This document shows positions 57,445-64,000 of a stretch of DNA of 64,000 bases, piece after piece; the first letter of the stretch is position 1, and every line of letters begins with the position of its first letter. The stretch lies in assembly GCA_964016885.1 (NCBI GenBank), contig OZ024740.1, positions 423,398,001 through 423,462,000 of the forward strand, given 5' to 3'. The notes beneath the pieces are model-generated. The model was given only the letters and a program-made list of their open reading frames with translations, was not told the DNA's origin and made no database searches. Made by a program: the position numbers and the translations under genes. The DNA comes from Eledone cirrhosa (lineage: Eukaryota).

Positions 57445-58700
57445 TGGGAAAAATTTTTTCATCGTATTTTTCATGTGGTATCAACTAATTCGATCTCCAA
57501 GATGTTCAAAACTGACTTTTCCCCCCAGGAAAACAGTAGGGTGAGGTGGTTCCCCCTTTCCCCGGATAACCCCTGCGTACTCAGAATTTTCTCTATGTTT
57601 CTATTTTCATGCATCATCAGTGAATATGACTTCCAAACCAGTGAAAAACAACTAGCTTTAGAGAAAAGGAGAGGGAAGAGGGTAGAGTTTTGCAGATCTA
57701 CACCCCATTCACGTGTTGTGGGACATAATTATTTTCGGCCTTTTTCCTGAGCTATCAACTAATCTGAGCTCCTAGATGTTTGCAATCAACTTATTTCCCC
57801 GGGTTAGGTTTAGGGTTGGGGTAAAGTATAGGGTTTAATTTTAGGGCTGGGGTAAAGTTTAGGGTTTAGTTTAAGGGTTGGGGTAATGTTTAGGGTTTAG
57901 TTTTATATTTGGGTAAAGTTTAGGGTTTAGTTTTAAGGTTGGGGTAATGTTTAGGGTTTAGTTTAAGGGTTGGGGTAATGTTTAGGGTTTAGTTTAAGGG
58001 TTGAGGTAATGTTTAGGGTTTAGTTTAAGGGTTGGGGTAATGTTTAGGGTTTAGTTTTAAGGTTGGGGTAATGTTTAGGGTTTAGTTTAAGGGTTGGGGT
58101 AATGTTTAGGGTTTAGTTTTAAGGTTGGGGTAATATTTAGGGTTTAGTTTTAAGGTTGGGGTAATGTTTAGGGTTTAGTTTAAGGGTTGGGGTTAAGTTT
58201 AGGGTTTAGTTTTAAGGTTGGGGTAATGTTTAGGGTTTAGTTTAAGGGTTGGGGTAATGTTTAGGGTTTAGTTTTAAGGTTGGGGTAATATTTAGGGTTT
58301 AGTTTTAAGGTTGGGGTAATGTTTAGGGTTTAGTTTAAGGGTTGGGGTTAAGTTTATATATAGATTTAGAGTTTAAGGTTAAATTTAATTTTAAGTTTAA
58401 TTTAGTTTTAATTTAGGATTTCCCAATACCAGGAACAAAAATTGATTCAGAGCAACTAAGAGCTCAGATTAGTTGACAGCACACAAAAGAACACTGGAAA
58501 AACTAGTCATTTCCAACTGGTTTAGAGGTCATATTCGTAGATAACATGAAAAATCTTAAAGAAAACTCTCAGTTGGGGGTGAGGTTAAACGAGAGAAGTG
58601 CACCCACCCCAACCCTCAGTTTTCCAGGAAGAGAAAGTTGATAGCATCTTAGAGTTCAAATTAGTTGATAGAACAGGAAAAAAAAATGAGGAAAACATTC
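57445..58700. mobile_element. Foldback/MITE-like element with nested inverted arms and central TTAGGG-like satellite; related segments at 43195-43510 and 47590-48060
   Basis: TATCAACTAATTCGATCTCCAAGATG (57479) pairs with CATCTTAGAGTTCAAATTAGTTGATA (58645); GCTATCAACTAATCTGAGCTC pairs with GAGCTCAGATTAGTTGACAGC. Confidence 0.6.
57800..58352. repeat. 31-32-bp satellite GTTTAGGGTTTAGTTTAAGGGTTGGGGTAAT (telomere-like, degenerate)
   Basis: Directly visible, roughly 17 units. Confidence 0.9.
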
Positions 58701-60604
58701 TTGATGTGGTGTGGTATAGTGTGTTGTGTGGTGTGGTGGTATAGTGTGTTATGCTGTGGTGTAGTGTAGTGTAATGTAGTGTGCTGTGTTGTGGTTGGTG
58801 TGGTAAGGCGTGGCATGGTGTGGTGTGGTGTGGTTTAGTGTAGTGTGGTGTGGTGCTGTGTGGTGTGGTGTGGCATGGTCTGGTGTGGCATGGTCTGGTG
58901 TGGCGTATTGCAGCGTGGCGTGCTGTGCTGTGGTGTGGTAAGGCGTGGCGTGGAGAGGTGTGGTGTGGTGTGGTTTAGTGTAGTGTGGTGTGGTGCGGCA
59001 TATACAGCGTGGTGTGCTGTGCTGTGGCGCGGCGTGGAGAGGTGTGGTGTGGTTCTTCATCTTTATCTACTTCATCTTTCTATTGATCTTCATTGTTCTC
59101 TTCGTCTTTGTTTTTGTTTTGTTTTCCATCTAAATACAAAAAAAAAAAAAAATAATGTAAAACACATGAAGTGAATCTCTGAAACATTTACAAAGGTGAG
59201 GAGATAAATTTAATGAGTGGCATCTCATGAACAGAGATACTAGAAAATAGCTTAAAAGCTAGATACATATACATATATATGCATACATATACACACACGG
59301 AAACACACACACATATATAAATGTAAATATAGGAAAAGAGTCAGGACCCCGACAACTGAGCTCCAGCCGGTTAGGTTTGACAGCTAGATCCAAACCAAGC
59401 CAGTAGTATTAGAAAGGTGGGAATTTAGCTGAACTTATCAAGGGATACAGTCCATATATGGGCATGCAGTCAAAACAAAAAAAGTAGAAATATCAAATCA
59501 AACAATCCTAAAAATTTGTTGTTTTTCTTGTCTGTCAAAGAAAGTGGTCAATGATTTTGGGATGTCATGTACATGGTTAAATTCCTTCATAACGGCACAG
59601 TGGGGGGGGGGGGGGGGGGGGGGGGGCTGAACTGGCCTGTAGAACAAAGGGGAGGGAGTAAGAGGACTGTCTGACCTGTGGATGCCAAGATGGTCAGGCA
59701 TTAAGAGAGAATTCTTTACAACTATCTTTCTTTTATGGAGATGGTAACCTACAAAGGGGTAAGGAAGTAATTTCAGCATGTACAAGGAAGGTTGTTAGAG
59801 AGTGTAAGTATACCAAGTCTAACACTTAGCTAAAGAGCAAAGCATTTATATATTAATACTGATTCAGTTCCTAATAAAAAAATTTAGTTATCAATTAGTC
59901 TAATGCATGGGGAAGGGCTCCTCAATACATATATTGTTATACTTGGGGAGGGTCATATTTGTGTAATATTGCCACGCCGCTATATGTTATCCATGTGCAA
60001 CCTGCAGTATTCTTCTCCCCATTTTTTCACATATATTTACCTAAACTGCGATTCTGTTTTTCTCTCTCTCTCTCTTACTGCTCCCTCGTTCTCTCTGTTT
60101 CTCTTACTTTCTTTCGCCCCCTCTGTCATGTCACTTAACACTTTCTCTCTACTGACCTCTTCCTCACACTTCCACTCACTCACTCACTGTTTCTCCCCTT
60201 CTCACTTCACCCCGTTCGCGACGAAAACAATTTCCTTCTTTCTTACATTTGGATTCATCTCGAAAGGTCTTTTTTCTACGCGCTCATATATTCACCCAGC
60301 TTATACTGACAGAATAACTATGTAGCTTGTGCCCTTCCTATCTACGGTTAGCTTTCCTCTTTGTTGTTACTTGTCTCACTCGCTTTACGCATTTTAATTG
60401 TCCTAATAACTTAATTTAGTTATTATTGCACCAACGTGAGGTATATGATTTTTAATGCAATGAAATATCTATGATCGTTGGCAAATCACTGATGAGGGAC
60501 TCATTTTATAACATGTTATCCATGTGCAACCTACAGTATTCTTCTCCCCATTTTTTCACATATACATATATATATATATATATATATATGATGGAGGGAG
60601 CTTC

Positions 60605-60795
<191 letters not shown>

Positions 60796-61175
60796 TGATT
60801 TTTTTCTCTCTGTCTGGTGGTTTGATATCTCTCTGTTGTTTTTCTGTTTTCTTTTTTTCTTTTTTCTTTCTTCTTTTTCTTTATTTATCTCTCCCTTTCT
60901 TTCTCCACTTTTCTCTCTCTCGTTTTTTTTCTCTCTCTCCGTCTTTTTCCTTCTCCTTAACACAACGAATTACTAAAATAAACAAATCCACTATCCTGAT
61001 GTCTTCCAAAAGTAACGGTTGCATTTTGAAAGGGTACGTCAATATTTATTTATAAAACTGGTATATATTGTATTTTGTCTGATGAAGGCATACCATAATT
61101 TAGCATGGTATCCTTGAAATATGTATAATAAAATAAATATGGTTTTATAAATATAGTTTCCATTTGTTAATATCG

Positions 61176-61268
<93 letters not shown>

Positions 61269-61829
61269 AGGCACATGGCCTAGTGGTTAGAGCATTGGCC
61301 TTGCAATCGAAAGGTTGTGAGTTCAATTCTCAGACCAGGTGATGTGTTGTTTCCTTGAGCAAGACACTTTATTTTTCACATTGCTCCAGTTTACTCAGCT
61401 GTAGAAATGAGATGATAGGGACTGGGGTCCCTATCATTCCACTGTAAAGTGGTCGTGGAGGTGCCACGGAAAAAAAAGCACTCACTGTAAATGAGGTGTT
61501 AGGAAGGGCATCCAGCTGTAGAAATCAACCCAGAATCAGTTCCCGTCCCACCCTTGCAAGCAGGGAAAAGCGGACGTAAAATGATGATGATGCAACTCGA
61601 TTTTGAGTAATGTCATAGCTTGATACTTAAGCATGGGAATTACGGACATGGCTTTTTAGTCCTGCTAGGGACTTGCCTATGGCCAGCAATTCAGAGTAAC
61701 CTTCTCCCAAATAGACGTTTTAATGAAGACTAGGAGAAAAAAAACAAAAAAACAAACACAATATAAAGGTGACACCAACGATTTTCTCGGATCATAACTT
61801 AGTGGAACTAATGATATGTGGTCTGAGAG

Positions 61830-62968
61830 AGTCACCAGAGATGCAACCATCAAGAAATACTGGGAATTAATCCAGCCTAAACTTTCACAATGCTAACTGG
61901 AAAAAGATCCAGAAAGAGATCGGGAAGCAAAACTGGAGCGATAACATCCCCACACAAGACAGCAACACATATTTTCAACATTTCATGACATCAATACAAA
62001 CTATATGCCATAAGTTTGTCCTGGAGAAAAAGGCCAAAAATCTTATTCCCAGAGACAAGAAAATCCTTATGAGATGAAGAACTAAGATCTCAAACCTGTT
62101 AAATATACAACAGAAAAACAAGAAGGAACTCTATCTGAAACAGGCAGTACTTGAAATTGAAACTGCGCTCAAACTTTCCCATGAGAAGGAGAGGGCAGAG
62201 AAAAAAGCCAGGGCCATAGAAAATATTAAAACAAACCCTAAGGCCTTCTTTAAATTTGCAAAAGAAAACTGCTTCGGTACACTGCAAGATTGGGCCACTC
62301 CTCCATAAAGATGGTTTATTAACCGAGGATCCCCAAGGGATAAATGAAATACTGAATGAACAGTTCAAAAGTGTGTTCACACCTCCACTGAGGCACATGC
62401 AAATGACAAAGCCAGAGGATTTCCTTGATGCCACAACACTCCATGAAGAAATGGCGACCACCAACCACAGACATAATGGAGGAAGATGTGATATTCACCA
62501 TAGACAAAATTAGAACAAGTTCAGCTGCTGGACCTGATGGGTTCCCAGCAGTCCGCCTAAAAACATGTAAGCGTGCTTTAGCAACTCCACTGAAAATCCT
62601 CTTCAGAAGTTCTTTGGCTTACAGTAAACTACCCAGAGAACACAATATGCCTTATCCATAAAGGAGGAAGCAGAGCTGTTACAACACTGGGTACTAAAGC
62701 AACCTCTGGACAGCTCACATGTGTACATGATATATCTTGACATTGTGAAGGCCTTTGACAACTACACTCAGCATAACTGGAAAAGTAGGTGAGAGGCTGC
62801 ATGATTTCTTAAAAGACAGAAGCCAGACAGTTGAAGCCAATGGAGTCCTCTCAAAGGAAACATCAATAACAAGTGGGGTGCCCCAGGGCACAGTCTTGGG
62901 ACCACTACTGTTTTTGGTGGCTCTCTCAGACATGCTCTCTGTAGTACACACAACATCCCTCACTAGCT
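61830..62968 (+). mobile_element. Decayed CR1-group LINE with internal deletions
   Basis: IKTNPKAF; SSAAGPDGFPA..LK.C; KAFD; ITSGVPQGTVLGPLLFL. Confidence 0.8.
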
Positions 62969-62973
62969 ATATA

Positions 62974-63095
<122 letters not shown>

Positions 63096-63276
63096 GCTTT
63101 TTGGAACGCTTCAAAAGGCATGCTTGCTGGGAACAGCAAGAACCCTCCGATACGTCCTGAATATCTGAGGCTGCAGGTAGTGGCTTGATATTCATCTCAA
63201 CAAACTTTCCAGTTAACTAACATCAATGACTGAGACTCAAAGAGTAATAACAATAATAATAATAGTAATAATAATA
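63096..63276 (+). mobile_element. R4/Dong-like element extreme 3' end with (TAA)n tail
   Basis: LQKACLLGTARTLRYVLNI* is the typical R4/Dong C-terminus; short 3'UTR, then TAA repeats. Confidence 0.8.
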
Positions 63277-64000
63277 CATTAGAAAGCTTGAGTCCCTACT
63301 GAATGGGACACTAAAAAACATAGACACTAAAAATAGACTGGAAATAAAGTACAAAACTAGGAGGAAAAAGCTAAATATTATCATAGAGGAACTGAAGCAA
63401 CGCATTGTAGCAAAGAGTGCAAAAATCAGGCGATACGAGAACAGAGTCAGTCAGTATAGACAGAACCGCATGTTCGACAACAACCAGAAGATGCTGTTTG
63501 GACAGCTTGAAAGGAAAGAAAGAGGCAACGACTTGATCCCTGAGGCGGAACAAACTAAAGCATTCTGGAGAGGAATATGGGAGCAGGATGTTAAACATAA
63601 TGACCAGGCAGTGTGGATTGAGACAGTACAGAAGGAGATCAGTGAACAGGCACACCAACAAACTGATTTGAGTATCACAGTTGAAACTCTTAAGGGGCAG
63701 GCCAAAAAACTAACCAACTGGAGATCGCCAGGCCCAGATGGTGTGCAGGGGTATTGGATTAAAAATATAACATCCCTCCACCCGAAACTGACAACCATGT
63801 TCAATGACTGCTTGATGTCAGGTGAGGTACCAGAGTGGTTGACAAAAGGTACCACAGTTCTGATAATGAAAGACCGAATCGAGGATAATGATGTTACCAA
63901 CTATAGACCTATCACATGTCTGTCCGTAATGTGGAAACTGTTGACAAGCATTATGTCTGAGGAAATCTACCATCACCTCCACACAAACAACTTGTTACCG
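63277..64000 (+). mobile_element. 5'-truncated R4/Dong-like retrotransposon, open RT frame running off window
   Basis: EELKQRIVAKSAKIRRY..QNRMF..FWRGIW..NWRSPGPDGVQGYWIK..PEWLTKGTTVLI.K..NYRPITCLSVMWKLLTSI. Confidence 0.88.

Noticed and set aside
57800-58352. True telomere or fusion-site (TTAGGG)n
   Set aside because: Higher-order 31-32-bp degenerate unit enclosed by inverted arms, not pure hexamer repeats.

Overview
Repeat-rich eukaryotic DNA. The SINE families, long (TA)n/(GA)n microsatellites and LINE mix suggest a mollusc, probably an octopus-like cephalopod (inference only). Bases 1-22172 are a head-to-tail array of at least four near-identical, coding-intact Tx1/L1-clade non-LTR retrotransposons on the minus strand. 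The period is 5840 bp; ORF1 has a CCHC knuckle and ORF2 is APE-RT-Zn finger. Every junction, including the outer flank, is exactly (AAT)5, and the array runs off the left edge. The other ~42 kb is mostly decayed mobile DNA: RTE, CR1-group, Penelope-like, R4/Dong-like, mariner, Helitron and tRNA-SINE sequences plus minisatellites. It also holds at least six minimal type I hammerhead ribozyme motifs, several one-sided long inverted repeats, candidate host micro-exons on the minus strand and an RRS1-like pseudogene fragment. No intact host gene can be assembled by eye. Family names come from motif recognition, not database searches, and boundaries of decayed elements are approximate.
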